Origin: Schmidtea polychroa
Lineage: Eukaryota
Direction: 5' to 3'
Assembly: GCA_044892525.1 (NCBI GenBank)
Contig: CM097885.1
Span: 7,876,001-7,940,000 of the forward strand
Length of the DNA: 64,000 nt
Position 1 is the first letter of the stretch, and every line of letters starts with the position of its first letter. The notes below the pieces were generated by a model, which saw only the letters and a program-made list of their open reading frames with translations, was not told the origin of the DNA and did not search any database. The translations under genes were made by a program, and so were the position numbers. Shown in pieces: positions 1 to 13,930 of the stretch.

Positions 1-294
1 CAATACTATCAAGATTTCTCTTTGCGTCAGGTAAGTATACAATATTGCTGATTCACTCTATTGAATACTTTCCCCGATACACTGGAAATCACATCGTTTG
101 CAAATTAGCTTGGTCACAAAAAAATCTGTAAACTTGTAAGCATGGCCTATGAAAAATCATAATCACCTCTGCGGACTAAAAACTTAGTCGATACACAGAA
201 ACTGTTTACAAGTGCATCTGATTACCTTTAGTATTTTTAACTTATAAAATAATGTTGTAACATTTTTGTCGGATGTCTCACTTGAAATCTTCAT

Positions 295-422
295 GTCTCC
301 TGCATAGTACTGATGAGAGCCAAAAATAAAATAAATAGTACAAGCTTTGTGATACCCAGTACAATTTCCCAACAGTAGACTTGTTTCGAGCTGTTGGCTC
401 TCATCAGTACTATGCAGGAGAC
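295..422. repeat. Perfect 29-bp inverted repeat containing the 5' half of the hammerhead
   Basis: gtctcctgcatagtactgatgagagccaa (295-323) is the reverse complement of 394-422. Resembles the inverted pseudo-LTR arrangement of PLEs. Confidence 0.85.
372..413 (-). ncRNA. Minimal type I hammerhead ribozyme motif (Penelope pLTR type)
   Basis: Minus strand reads ATAGTA-CTGATGA-GAGC-caaca-GCTC-GAAA-C-AA-G-TC-TACTGT: stem I ATAGTA/TACTGT, intact CUGAUGA and GAAA cores, 4-bp stem II, very short stem III, GUC cleavage triplet. Confidence 0.85.
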
Positions 423-1766
423 GCGAAAATTTATGCTAAAGAAAAATGCTTAGAATTTATATTCAAATAAAATAATTGTAGAACTCTTTAAATAGTAGAG
501 TTTGCGTAATCACTAACTAATTGTATTGTATTACACAATGTACAATAAAATTGATTATATATTCGGTATTTGGCCTTTGATGCAATATCATATCTAACGT
601 TATTATGAGGGGTGAGTAATATCATTTAGAAATTGAAAAATTAAGTTTGGTTTTAATAAAATTGAGATTATTAAATTTTGATTTTATTTATAATGTTAAG
701 AAATTTAGAATTTAATTTAAGATATAATATATAAAATATTTACACAGCATGTCGAAATGTATGTTTGAAATGATAACTTGTAAAGAAGAATTATAGTTAA
801 ATGAAATTTTCCGCTTCGGTCATTATATGACACCCCCCCTGCTATATTTATTTGTTTTCCAGCCTTTTATAATTTGTTAATATGAGGCGACAAATTAATG
901 AATTTTTTTCTACAATCTCTTCGGTTTCTTATGCATATATCTTATTATAAAATAATAATAAATATATATAAAAAAATATAAAAATTATTAGTGATATAAT
1001 ATATAGTATAATGTCATATTCTGTCTTTTCAAAATAAGGGGTTATTGTAAAATAAAATTTTTAATAAATATTAAACTCAATGATTGAATTTCCATGATAT
1101 CTTTTAATTATAATTAATACAATTGTTTTAATTAATCAAAAATAATTCCAATCGATTTCCAAAAAGATGAATATAAACAAATTCCCACATTTTCTAAATC
1201 CCTGTCGATGAAGCATAAATTTAATTTACAATAATCCATTTGATGCTAGAATTATCAGAAAAAAATTAATTGCCTTATAGTGAATGTCTATCAAAATTTC
1301 TCCTAAATTTCCACATGTCGATTCTATATTTTTATAATTGAAAAACCATATTTACTATTAATTTAAATTTAAAAAAATATATAATTTCTTTTTTTTTCAC
1401 TCACGTATTGCCTAATTGTTTAAATGCATTCAAATTTATAAACTTCATTTTATAAAGTAAAACAAACTTAATAAAAAGCAATTAGACAAACAAATCCCAA
1501 TTTGTTATTCTGGAATTTGAAATCAGTATAAAATTTCTTGTTTAAATTTCCATTGCTCCATTTGATATTTGGAATTTGAAAATTAAGCCGGTTTGTAATT
1601 ACTTCAGACGACTTAAAAGGTAAATAAGGAAAAATTCAAATAAATAAAAAAAAATCTTTATAAACTGTTACTTTGAAACTCTATCTTCGACTTCAAAAGA
1701 TGATCAATGAAATACAAAGGTTATTTCGGATATAACTAAAAATAATTTATAGAAAAAAAGTATTAA

Positions 1767-1940
1767 CCGTTTGCGACGGATTTTGTTCCAGACGTTCTAC
1801 AATGTATAATGGCCAGCTGTGCTGGCCAAACTTTAAAAAAATCATACCACGATATCGGGCATTCGTATACTAAAAGATTTTATGCTAAAAAATAATATAT
1901 TAAAATACTACTTATTAAAATTAATTCCATCCGCAAACGA
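1767..1940. mobile_element. piggyBac-type MITE
   Basis: TTAA on both sides (1763-1766, 1941-1944); imperfect TIRs ccgtttgcgacgga / tccatccgcaaacga. Confidence 0.65.
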
Positions 1941-2470
1941 TTAAATCAAATTTAAAATTAAAATCTTACACTTTTATACACAGAACATCTGCAATAATTA
2001 AACATATAACATATAACTAAACCGACAGTTAACCAAGATGCGACAATCTAGCACAAATATTAGTTTTAACAGATGACGCCAAAATTATTCGCAGTCGACA
2101 ATACAGTCTCCTAGTTTATAATAGTTATCATTAAGGACAGAAATACACTAAAAAGCCCTCTTCACAAAACATACGAAATTTAGGTTCATTGTAATGGACA
2201 TCAGGTCTGTAGAGGTTAAATTTAATCTTATAAATATTTTATAAAACTTTTTCAGATAAATAACACCTTGATTAATAATATTTGAATTTTCTATTGTTAT
2301 TCTAACGTTGCTCTCCACATTTACCAAACACCTACTAAAAATGTTGGATTGAGGTCGGCTGAGATCATGGGCGCAGAAGAAAATATTTGGGTTTCTTAAA
2401 GAAAAGCAGAGAAAAACTATTAAAAATAAAAATATGATAAATAAAAATTATGCACTAAAATTGGTATTAG

Positions 2471-2601
2471 AAGAACTTTTTTTCAATTTTTACCCCTGAT
2501 TTCTTTTCAATTGACATTGTATTTATTAAAACGCTTCACTAAATATATCAAAATAACATCGATATATTTTCTGATTCATAGTTTAGCTTTTTAATAAATA
2601 C
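2471..2601 (-). mobile_element. Degenerate copy of hairpin element family B
   Basis: Shares aagaac...tgatttcttttcaattgacattgtatttattaa and catcgatat...ctgattcatag with the copies at 31320 and 33695. Confidence 0.65.
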
Positions 2602-2603
2602 TA

Positions 2604-2817
2604 CCGTATTAGCCTGAATATAACGCGACAATTTTTAACATTTTATTTTTATTAAATTTTGGTTTAAATTAATTAAATTTATTGTCATGAATATAACCTA
2701 TGTATTACTTTTAATTACCTAACCAAACGCTTATCTGATTGAATTTCCCTTAATTTTAATTTTTTTATGAGTATTTTTTTCTAAATTAAGGGTCGCGTTA
2801 TATTTGGGCTAATACGG
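2604..2817. mobile_element. Tc1/mariner-superfamily (pogo-like) MITE
   Basis: ~26-bp TIRs ccgtattagcctgaatataacgcgac / gtcgcgttatatttgggctaatacgg with TA on both sides. Confidence 0.8.
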
Positions 2818-2962
<145 letters not shown>

Positions 2963-4371
2963 AAAGATAAATTCTGGTCTCATTGATTGAATAAATATTA
3001 ATTTTAGTCCGGTTTCTTTCAAAACGGGAAAAATAAACAAAAAAATTATTCTCGTTAAATACCTAAGAATTTATAATTTTAAATTTCTGATTTAAAATAT
3101 TTTAAGTCATTTTTTAACGAACTAATATAAAAAATCCAGAGAAATGGCTTGACCCGACCGCAGATATATTGACAAGACGATGATTTTCGGGTGAAACCAA
3201 AGCCCAAATGTGCAATTATTAAAATTATATAATTATTTCAGCTTTCTTTATCTTTATTTCCTTCCATGCTGAAAAACAATATGAAACAAAATATTGGTTT
3301 TTAGTCTGGTAAGAAATGAAAATAAATAAAATATTTTATTTTCCATAATTGTAATATATTTCTTTCTTTACTGAGAAATTACAAATGAAATGATTGAAAT
3401 GATTAAATTATTGAAATAATTAACATGAAAATGTGATTGTTTGACATTTGATGAGACATTTTAGTAAATTTATTCATTTCATTATCAAATATTGAAAGTA
3501 ACATATTTTGTTTAATTTATGAATTTTTCTTCAAAAAATTAATTAAAAATATTTGAAGGATTTCATAAGAGTTGTCCTGTGAATTGGTTTTCTTTAATAG
3601 TTTCCCTTTACCCATAGATCATGCTTATATTCATACTTACCAAAAGAAGGTTTCAACGTTGTGATTATTTGTTTTTTTTTAGCCTGAAGGTCGTAAAGAA
3701 GCTTTCATTTTTAAAGTCAACATAGAAAAGGAGTTTTAAATTCAAAGTCTGAATAAGAAATTCCAAAGTATTATTATTAAAAACATTCACTAACTTTAAA
3801 ATGTTTTTGTTGAATTTTTGTTAAAAATCTTTACTTGTGTTACACTTCAATAATTTATATCACAACAATATTGCAAGGGGGTTCATTAATTATCAATCTC
3901 AAATTTGATTGGATAATTAATTATCTATAATCTAATTGGATAAATCTCATAAAAAATATTTTATTTACAAAAAACCATATTTTCAGAAAATATATTTGAT
4001 AAAATATGTACGGTATTATTTGTCGTGTGACAATTTCGTTTACCTTTAAATTATGCAAGAATACAAAAAATAACTTTTATTACGGTTAAATCCCATATTC
4101 TCAAATTGTGATACTCGTACCGCTATTTGATTTCAAATTGGATAATTTATTTTGATTTTCTACTTTCTGCATTAATTACCAAATATTTTTATTACCATTA
4201 TTAAAATGTTTAAATGGATAGGAATTAAAAATTCAAATAAAAAAGACAGGAAATAGTACTTAACTTTCAATTTTAAACTTCCTCCCAGTTTTGATGATAA
4301 GCTTTCGCGGTCACGACTTGCTTACTTGTCTTATAATTTTTTTATATTTTTGTTGGGGTTAGTAATAAAAC

Positions 4372-4411
<40 letters not shown>

Positions 4412-6034
4412 CAGGAAGGTATAACAAAAACGATTATTTGGTAGCAGCATAAATTCAATGTTAAACAAGTATCAGAGTAACTGTTTTTTTAAAACAATAA
4501 GAAATTTGAATAATATAAAATTTTGTTTCATCACAAAGTGAGATAAATAAAGTTCAACACAATATATCAGTTATTTATTAATTATTACTTTAAACATTTA
4601 AATATATGAAAACGTTAAATATATTTACTTCTAAATTTATTTCTCATCAATTTAAATTATATTCAGAAAATTTTTATTTAAAATTTATAAATTTTGTTTA
4701 ATATTTAATTTTTTAAACATTTTTCCGATTTAATATTTAAAATTTAACATCTCACAAAAAGCAATTGATAGGAAAAGCCTTTACTGCAAAATATGTATTA
4801 AATGAAAAATCCATTAGAACATAATCTCATGTCAAAATTGGAGGCTTATCTTATTGTTTATTTTTTTAACATAATATTATTATTGTAACAACTTTTTTTT
4901 GTCTTTTTCTTTAGTTGAACTCGGTTTTAAAAAAAAAGCAAAAAAGAATATTAATTATTTATTTTAATGGTGATATTGAAATTTATTATCAGAAACCACA
5001 ACTTAATGATCTCGGTGAAAATGTGGCCAATTCCAAAATTTTATCCAAATGATTGATGACTCTCAAATTTTCTAAAGTTCACAAATAAATTTTATCAATT
5101 AATTAAATGATTTTCAAACAATTTTCACTATTAATTCCTTCAATATCGGAATGAAAAAAATTATGTGGAAAATTATCTTGATAAATCGAGTCACTCAAAA
5201 TTCAGGATAATTATAACTGACATAACTTTTACTCCTGAAATTAATTTACATTTGCATAATTTTAGAATTTACAACAATCAATAAATTATATTGTAAATTT
5301 TCTTTATTTTCATTTCAGACTTCAGATCAATATTTCTATTTATTTAACAACAAAATAATGAAAATAAAAAATTAAACATCAAGTATATTGAATTGTAGCT
5401 AAAATTAGAAAAAAATAAAAAGAAAAGAGGAATTCATCATGGACATATGATAAATGGATCAAGGAGTCATATGGAAATTTGGAATCGAATTTAAATTATT
5501 TAAAAAGTCTTCAATTTATACTTTGGTTGGAGATAAGTTGAAAAGAATTTATAATCATTTAAAAAATGAATTATTAATTAAATGTTCAGTAATTTATGTT
5601 TCAGTAAATAAGATAATGTGTTAAGAAAACAGATTGTTGTGTAAAGTAAATATTTTTTTTGGTCTATATATTATCAAAAATAGAAATTAAAACAAACAAT
5701 TTATACTGTATAAAAACAAATTGACCAATATACTGAAATTCAAATTCAAAAAAAAATAACCTATATTGGTAAATATTTAAAAAGATCAGTAAAACCTTTA
5801 GTCAAATTTATTGAAAATATTTAAATAATAGAAATGTTACTAGGTTAACAATGCTTTTTTAGCTTTTGAGGTCTACCATGCTTAATAGAAACATTTTAAA
5901 CGAACATTTATTTAAATCACTGAACATTTAATCCATTTTACTGAGCATAAAATTACTGAACATTTAAATTGCAAGAAATATTTTAGATGAAATAAGTTCA
6001 TTTGCTTTTGTAATAAATTATAAAATAATATTTA

Positions 6035-6228
6035 ATTTATTAAAAACAGAGTTTGAAAGCTATAAATCAATAATATATCGATGTTATTTTTCAAGTGAAA
6101 AGGGCAGTGCCGAAAATTCGTGAGTATCAACAAACATCGATATATTACTGATTTATAGTCTTCAAGCTCTCTTTTTAATAAATTCAATGGAAAAAATAAT
6201 CATTGGTGAAATTGGAAGAAAAAAAGTT
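6035..6228 (+). mobile_element. Hairpin element family B with hammerhead-like loop (6091-6123)
   Basis: Inverted arms atttattaaaaacagagtttgaaagctataaatcaataatatatcgatg / catcgatatattactgatttatagtcttcaagctctctttttaataaat around gtgaaaagggcagtgccgaaaattcgtga. Confidence 0.8.
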
Positions 6229-6242
6229 TGTTTGGTAATTAA

Positions 6243-6921
6243 CTACTTGCCGGGCGATTTTTTTTTTCATGTTTTCGGTAAAAAAAAACATTTTTTTTAA
6301 ATCATTAATTAATAGTATATAATCAAAATATAACGTAAATATTTTTTTTTAATTTTCCGAGTTTGTATTCACTAATTATTAATTATTCTTATTATATAAA
6401 TAAATAAGAGCCACTGTGTAGATACCATCAGGTTATAAATAATGAACCCGCTCGATGAACCCATTTTATAAATCAATAAAATATATTTTTAACAGTTAAA
6501 AATGAAATAGTTCAAAGTGCACACACACACATATACAAACAAAAAAAACAGTTTGAAAAACACAAAATGTCCGAAGAACGAAGTGAAACAATTCTAAAAC
6601 GATGCAGTCGCGCGCGTGGTTATTGGACAACTGATATTTTAGAAAATATGAAAAAAATACGAACCTGGAATTTATGTGTGTATAGCCGAAGATTCACATG
6701 TGTTTATAAAAAAAATGACCTAAGAAATGGCAGCTTAGAACATAAATATCGTAAAATAATGTTGTTCGAAATATCGCTCATATGTTAGTCCACGCCCGAG
6801 ATCAGATTTCTTATTCAAAGGACAATATTTTTTCTATATGAGTTTGCGCTCACATGTGAGCGCTCGCCCGAAATGGTACACATTTTTTGCACTCATATTT
6901 GAGCGTGCGCCCGGCAAGTGG
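6243..6921. mobile_element. Non-autonomous piggyBac-type element
   Basis: TTAA TSD (6239-6242, 6922-6925); TIR c(c/t)acttgccgggcg; internal palindrome gcgctcacatgtgagcgc; shorter sister copy at 33708-33932. Confidence 0.85.
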
Positions 6922-6984
6922 TTAATGATATAAATATGTAATTTAAAACTTTTTGTAGATTTTCTATAATTTAACCTTATATAA

Positions 6985-7436
<452 letters not shown>

Positions 7437-10259
7437 TATAAATTAATCTCTGAATATAACAAATATAATCACAACTATAAAACATGATTTCTTCGAATTG
7501 ATAATATATTTATATTTTTTCATTGTTAATCCGATCCTTTTTGACGCATTTAAGTGAGTACATGTCATTATCATCATGGACCTAATTGTACCATTAATTC
7601 CCTCAATATGTAAATAACACAAACAGTTTTCTGACTTGTTTTAATTTATACATAAATTTTCATTATTTTTAATAACTTATGGAATAATGTAAAAAGAAAA
7701 AAAATTTATTCAATTAAGAAAATCCATTCACTTGTTTGAGTTTGATTTTGATGTTGAATAATTGAATTTTAATTACGAGTTGTTGATAAAAGTTTCTGTT
7801 AGAAAATTTTGGTATTTATTTTTTGCGGGGAAATTACATAATAGTTGCAAAATCATATACTAATATAATTCGACGTCATTGTTTGTTTGAATCATATAAT
7901 AATCATACATTTATACATACTATAAAGGGAATACAATTCAAACTTCAAATGATAAATATAAATAATTAACAATAATTATACTTTTTCCTATTTAAACCAA
8001 ACCTGAATTTATTTCTATTTACAAAATACTTTAAAATATGTCCTTAGTTATTTTAATTCACATTTAATGACTAATAGATTTTTGTTTTATTACTTAATAT
8101 TATATAAATTTTAAAGAACATTGATAAGAAATAAATTAATTAAATAATTTAAAAATATATGAGGGTGTTTACTAATTAATTAATCAAATTTTAAAATCAA
8201 AATTAATTTTCATAATTTAAAATCAAATATTATTAAATTAGATATGGTAATTTAATTTAGTAATAAAATTTAATTTATATTTATATCAATTGAACATTGT
8301 TAAAAAATATCTGAAACAGTCATATATTAAAATAAAATGTATTTTATAATGACATTTCCTTGTCAATTATTATTCAAAGATTTACTACCTTAAGACGGTC
8401 AATCCAAATCATTGCATACTAATAGCTCATTATCTCATTACTTTAAAAAATACCGTTAATTTAATTATAGAATTTATATGAATTAAAAGTTAGTAATTTA
8501 TCAACAATCTAAACCAACATTTATCGATTTTCAATTATTATTTTTTCAAGCTTTCCCATTGAAACAATATATTTGAGAATTAAATTAATAAGGTTTTTAA
8601 TAAGGAACCAAAATATGGGAAGTATTATTAATTAAATCGTAAACTTCCACAAATTATGAGTGATTTCGGCTGCAAATATCATTAATACACTAAAAATAAA
8701 ACTTCAACTTAATTAAGTTATTAATTTATAATAATTCATAAAATTATTCTCGAACAATCTCTAATCATTCTGTTAGTGCTGTTGCGTTTAATCTTCAATG
8801 TGCTCTTGTACCAGTTATTATAAATGCAGTGTTTTTTGGGGAACATTTATCATGTTAAATTCAGTAAATTCAGAAAAGTACGCTAACCTTGAATGGGAAA
8901 TTTATTCAAGACTTATAAAAGCATGACAACCTCCCTCGATCCTCAAAAATTAAGAAAATGTGTTGCTCAGAAATTAAAACAATTAATTTGATAGTGAAAT
9001 CTTGCTGTTAAGCCGAGGCTTCTGTTAAAATTTCAATGAATTCTGAAAATAATTATGCTAACCAAGCAGCAACAATGTCACTTGACAAAGAAACTCAAAA
9101 CAACAATGCAAAAAATTTTATTTCATTTCAAAGGATTTATTTTTGTTTATTTTCTTTTATTAAGTCTTTCAGAAAGGAAATTAAAACGATATTAAAGAAT
9201 AATATTTTATCTAAAACTTGTGAATATAATATATTATTATTTATTAATAATAAATTTATGAAATATATTTCTCAAGACAAAAATCATCGAAGAAGACGGA
9301 ATTATATTTCTGGGTTTTTTTTATTTGAAGAAAAAGTTTGCAATTTTATTAAGAAAATTTAATTGATCTCAAATAAATTTTTCTAGATAATTTTGCTGGA
9401 TATTAAATTTATAATTTTAAATTAAACTGGCGGGAAATTTCCAAAAGAAATTTTTTTTCAATTTTTTACAAAGTTCGTTTAAATTAAATTTATATTAATA
9501 TTAACTTTGCATTTTATTTTAACAAATTTATTTATTGTGAATTTATATAAATAGAACCCCTCTCCCTTTAATTGACAGTATTGTAAAGGAAATTAAGAAA
9601 TTACAACCCCATCATAAAATAAAAGTGAAAACCATACTATGTAAAGACGAATCAATTTTCAAATAAATAGAATATTCTGATTTGTGATTGACAGTTTCAA
9701 TATGATTTCCAAAAAGCATAATTACTAGGTGAATTGGTTTTAATACACAATTTCCAAATTCAATTTGATAGGAGCAGAAAAATATACACACTGTCCAATG
9801 AATGCGCAAATACGGAGTATGAAAATAAAGTCTAAATTACAAGACAAAGGCGAAAGACATTTGGTTCTATCCACAAACATTATAATAAAATATAAGCATA
9901 CAACTTTGAGATAATTACATATTTGTGTATTTTTTATGAAACCCCAAACAATGTCACGTGAACATTATCTCTGAATAATCTGCTTATAGCAAATTTTATT
10001 TTGAAATGATGTAAGAGACAGTAATAATTTTTTAATTGATTAGATAAACAAGTTTCAATGAAGTTGAAATAATGAAAAGTTGGTAAAAATAATTATAATA
10101 TACGATACTAACGAAGAGACACGACTTTCATTGTCCTCCTTCATGAATAGATAAGAATTTATATTGAAATAAGTAAATAACACTTGATTTGACATGTCAT
10201 TATTTTTTTAAATTAACCCACTTTCCATGATCGAATCGATCGAAAATTCTGATAACATG

Positions 10260-10435
10260 CAGTGTTCTCAACAACGAATCTACTTGCCAAATATCAGCTC
10301 AATCCGATCAGTAGGTTAAGTAGGAAGGTAGGTGAATTTGGCCTCACAAAATTTGAGTGACACATACAAACATTGGTGAAGTTAATATAGACTCTACTTT
10401 CGATAGCTACGCGGTCGACGCTTTTGCCAGCCCTG
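10260..10435. mobile_element. Possible degenerate hAT-type MITE
   Basis: Ends cagtgttctcaa / ttgccagccctg resemble hAT TIRs (CAG..); no clean 8-bp TSD. Confidence 0.4.
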
Positions 10436-10441
10436 ATATAG

Positions 10442-10747
10442 AGAGTAATGATACTACTGTTTAATCATTATTGAAATTTGAACCAAAGTTGATATTTGAA
10501 ATGAAACTGAATTGCCATATAAATCTTTACGAATACCCACATCGTATTTCATCATGCTGTTATATGTTGCCTCACAACTACCGTACATCGTATGACCACG
10601 CATTAAAGCGCATAACTGTGTAGCTAATTGATCAATTGGAATTGTCTCGTACAAAGTTAGAAAATAACAATTTGCATTTGATCTCATCTGATCTGAGAAA
10701 ATATTACTAATTCCAGCCATTGCACATGAAATATTTTTCTTTACCAT
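10442..10747 (-). pseudogene. Chimeric ORF: proteasome alpha3 (PSMA4)-like fragment fused in frame to actin fragments
   Basis: aa1-57 NISCAMAGIS..NIFSDQMRSNANCYFLTLYETIPIDQLATQLCALMRGHTMYG resembles alpha3 [55 protein letters not shown]. Then EATYNSMMKYDVGIRKDLYGNSV matches actin [23 protein letters not shown], and STLVQISIMIKQ*YHYS resembles the actin C-terminal STFQQMWISKQEYDES. Confidence 0.7.
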
Positions 10748-12030
10748 TCCTCATCTTTGTAAGTCTTTCTTCCTTACGATTATGTTAACAAATATTTGAT
10801 CATTGAAAATAGATCTGTGAAATGTTCAGCAAAATCAAACTTTTCTTTTATTCATTTGAAATTTGTCAGAAAAGAAAATAAAATGTAATCGGTCTAAAAA
10901 GCCTCAAAATTTTCATTTCTCAATTGCAGTATTTAAAACAAAGGGAAATTGCAATAGAGTATGATCCGATCATCCGCTGAACTAATGTTTTTAGAACAAA
11001 AATCATTGAATCTGCAAATTTTCATGAGTCTAGACTTTTGACGGTTTCTGCCTATTAATCGTCTGCGGCATAGGGGAAATAGTTCAATAGATGACAGGCA
11101 TTAGTTTACTTTTATAATATTATTTGTTTGTTTAGTGAACCAATATACCTGAATACTGAGTCGAGAGCCAGTTTAATTTTCATTTCCTATATGTAAAAAT
11201 AATTCATTTTAGAGAAATAGTTAAATACTTATTTTTTGAAGCCTTATGTTATAGTGATGGATCAGTTAAACAGTAATGAGAAACCCTCTTACATATATAT
11301 TGAGATGATATATATATATATATATAGACGGTAAAAGGATAAAAGGATAACAGAAACCATAATGTCTTTGTCACTAAAAAGTACATGAGTAAAAACAAGC
11401 AATTTTTTTCTTATCCCCCAAAAATGTATTTCTAAGAGAAATATTTATGAAAAATTTGTATAATTGTCTTTTAGTTCTTCTAGACTCCCGATAACGAAAA
11501 TATAAAATATAAATCTTTATAACATGCTTCTTGCTATTTAGCTTAAAGTCAAACTTGATTAAAAATTAAATTTTAAAAATCTAAAAATTATTGTTCTCAT
11601 CTGAATTTGCAGTCGACTGTCAAATTATATTATTTTCAATCCACTTTAATTTATCTTCAGAGAAATTTATTTATATAATTATAAATATAAATAAAAATTA
11701 ATAAGATAATTACTATTATTATTATTACACATATGGTGGTCCACGAGACTAAATATAATGGGGTAAGTGAGACATGACATGCATGTCTCATGGCAGCTAA
11801 CATGTTAAGAAGAAAAAAATGAGAATTTTCGATTATGAAATCCACCTCTTTAATCTGCATAAGAAAATATTTTGAATGTGAATTTGAAAATGTTGATCTT
11901 TTATTTTTGAATTTTCTGCCTTTTTATTGGATTTTTATTTAATTTTGAAATTCAAATTTTTATCAAAAATGAACTTTTACAACTTTATTTATTATTTATG
12001 ACAAATTTTCTTAATATCTGCAATCCTTGT

Positions 12031-13349
12031 TGTGAGGTGTTTTCAGCTGAGAATTGAATATTTCAATGATTTATTAAGATAATTTTGAATGATAAATAAT
12101 TGACATTTAATATAAGTTTTAAAATAATTTTTAAATTAAAGAGATTTTGTTAAAAACAAATTTTAAATAAGTTTTAATAGTAAATAATTTTTATATAAAT
12201 ACATTTTAATTATTGAAAATTTTAATAAATTGTTTTGAAAATATTTTATTCAAGGCTGAAATTTGTTTGAAAATTATACAATATTTCATTAAATAAATAC
12301 TTGGAATTATGACGTTATCTTTTAAACCTAATTTAAAAAATAATTTAGAAGATTTTCTAGCAACTTCTAATACATTTGAAACAAAATATTTAAGTAAAAT
12401 AAAACTTCAAAACAAAAGTTTAAAACTTTCAAATGCAAAAATAAACTTAAAACCTTTTTCAAACTCATAAAATTAAAATTACTGTTGTTTGCTATAATTT
12501 TGACACAGAACTTTTTTCTACTTTTGTTCTGGTTGACAAAGTTAATGACTGATAAATTACTACAAGGATCTAGGTGTTCTTTAATTCTTTGATGTTATTC
12601 TCTACGCGCACTTTCTATTTATATTTTTGCCAATGTATTGCACAGAATTCATTAGACCACCTGTTTTTTGCAATTCTCAAATGTCCTTTTTAGTATTGGT
12701 AATGAAAGTATGTTTCAGTGTCCAAGATTTATGTGCTATGAGAATTGGAAAGCCGATCACTATATTTACTTTGAAGATTTTGCAGTAAAGGTGATTGCTG
12801 AAAACGATTTCTTTAGATAAAAATATTTTCTATTAATCAAATTTCCTAGACTATCAAGATAGAATAAAAATCTTTAAATTTCATTGTTATTGTAGCTGTT
12901 TTGATTAAAGAATTTATTGAATATTGTCAGATGTTTTGAGTTTTCTCATAGCTGCTGAATATGAAAATAAAATCGATGTATACAATCCAACAATTTGTAA
13001 ATTATCAATATTAGAAGCTTCCTACACATCTTCTAAATTATTTTTTAAATCCGGTTCAAAAGTTAACATCATAATTCCAAGTATTTATTTAATGAAATAT
13101 TGTATAATTTTAAAACAAATTTTCAGAGTTGAATAAAATATTTCAAAAAACCATTTATTAATAAATTTCGATATTTAAAATATATTTATTTAAAAATGAT
13201 CCAGTTAAAAAGCTTGTTTAATTTAATAATTCAAAAATTTCAGTTTAAATATTATTTTCAAAGTTATTTTAAATAGTCAATTATTTATCATTTAAAATTA
13301 TCTTAATAATTTTTTGAAATATTTAATTCTCAGCTGAAAACACCTCACA
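12031..13349 (-). mobile_element. Foldback Penelope-like remnant with long imperfect inverted arms
   Basis: tgtgaggtgttttcagctgagaat... at 12031 is mirrored by ...attctcagctgaaaacacctcaca ending 13349. The centre on minus has GIY-YIG-like IGK..R..RIKEH remnants and shares sequence with the PLE at ~33300. Confidence 0.65.
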
Positions 13350-13832
13350 ATCAAGTAAAACATTACAAATGAAGCATTTAAGCCATTAGTAATTGTAGTG
13401 AATTGTTATATTTTCTTTTGTTGTAATTATAAAATTGTTAATATGATTTGCAATGTACAGTTATTTTTTATGTTAATTTTACTAAAATAAATAATTAATA
13501 GAACTAAATAGCTTAATTCTCTATAATAAATAATTACTATAGAGAATTACAAAAAAAAATAATTAATAAAAAAGAATAAAACAACCTAAAAAGATTTTCA
13601 TAATGATTCGAAGTGAATGGAATATTTGGAATATTTAATTGATTAAGAAGACCAGAAAATTTATTATTGTGAAATTTAATTATTCAGGCTAATAAATTTT
13701 TATATCATTATTTTTAATATTTTTTAGTTACATTTTGACATAACTTAAACCACACACAATCACATCAACTGTCTCTTAGAAAGTTTCTTTTTAAAGGCGA
13801 GTCGGTGGGGTCTTACAAATCTCCTAGACATA

Positions 13833-13930
13833 TATAATAACAATTACATTTATAATAATTACATATATAATAACAATTACATATATAATAATTACATATA
13901 TAATAACAATTACATATATAATAACAACAA
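13833..13930. repeat. Minisatellite (tatataat(aac)aattaca-like unit)
   Basis: Direct reading. Confidence 0.8.

Noticed and set aside
60..230. Weak Gypsy integrase zinc-finger-like remnant (LGHKK...YKC)
   Set aside because: Too short and frameshifted to call without a search.
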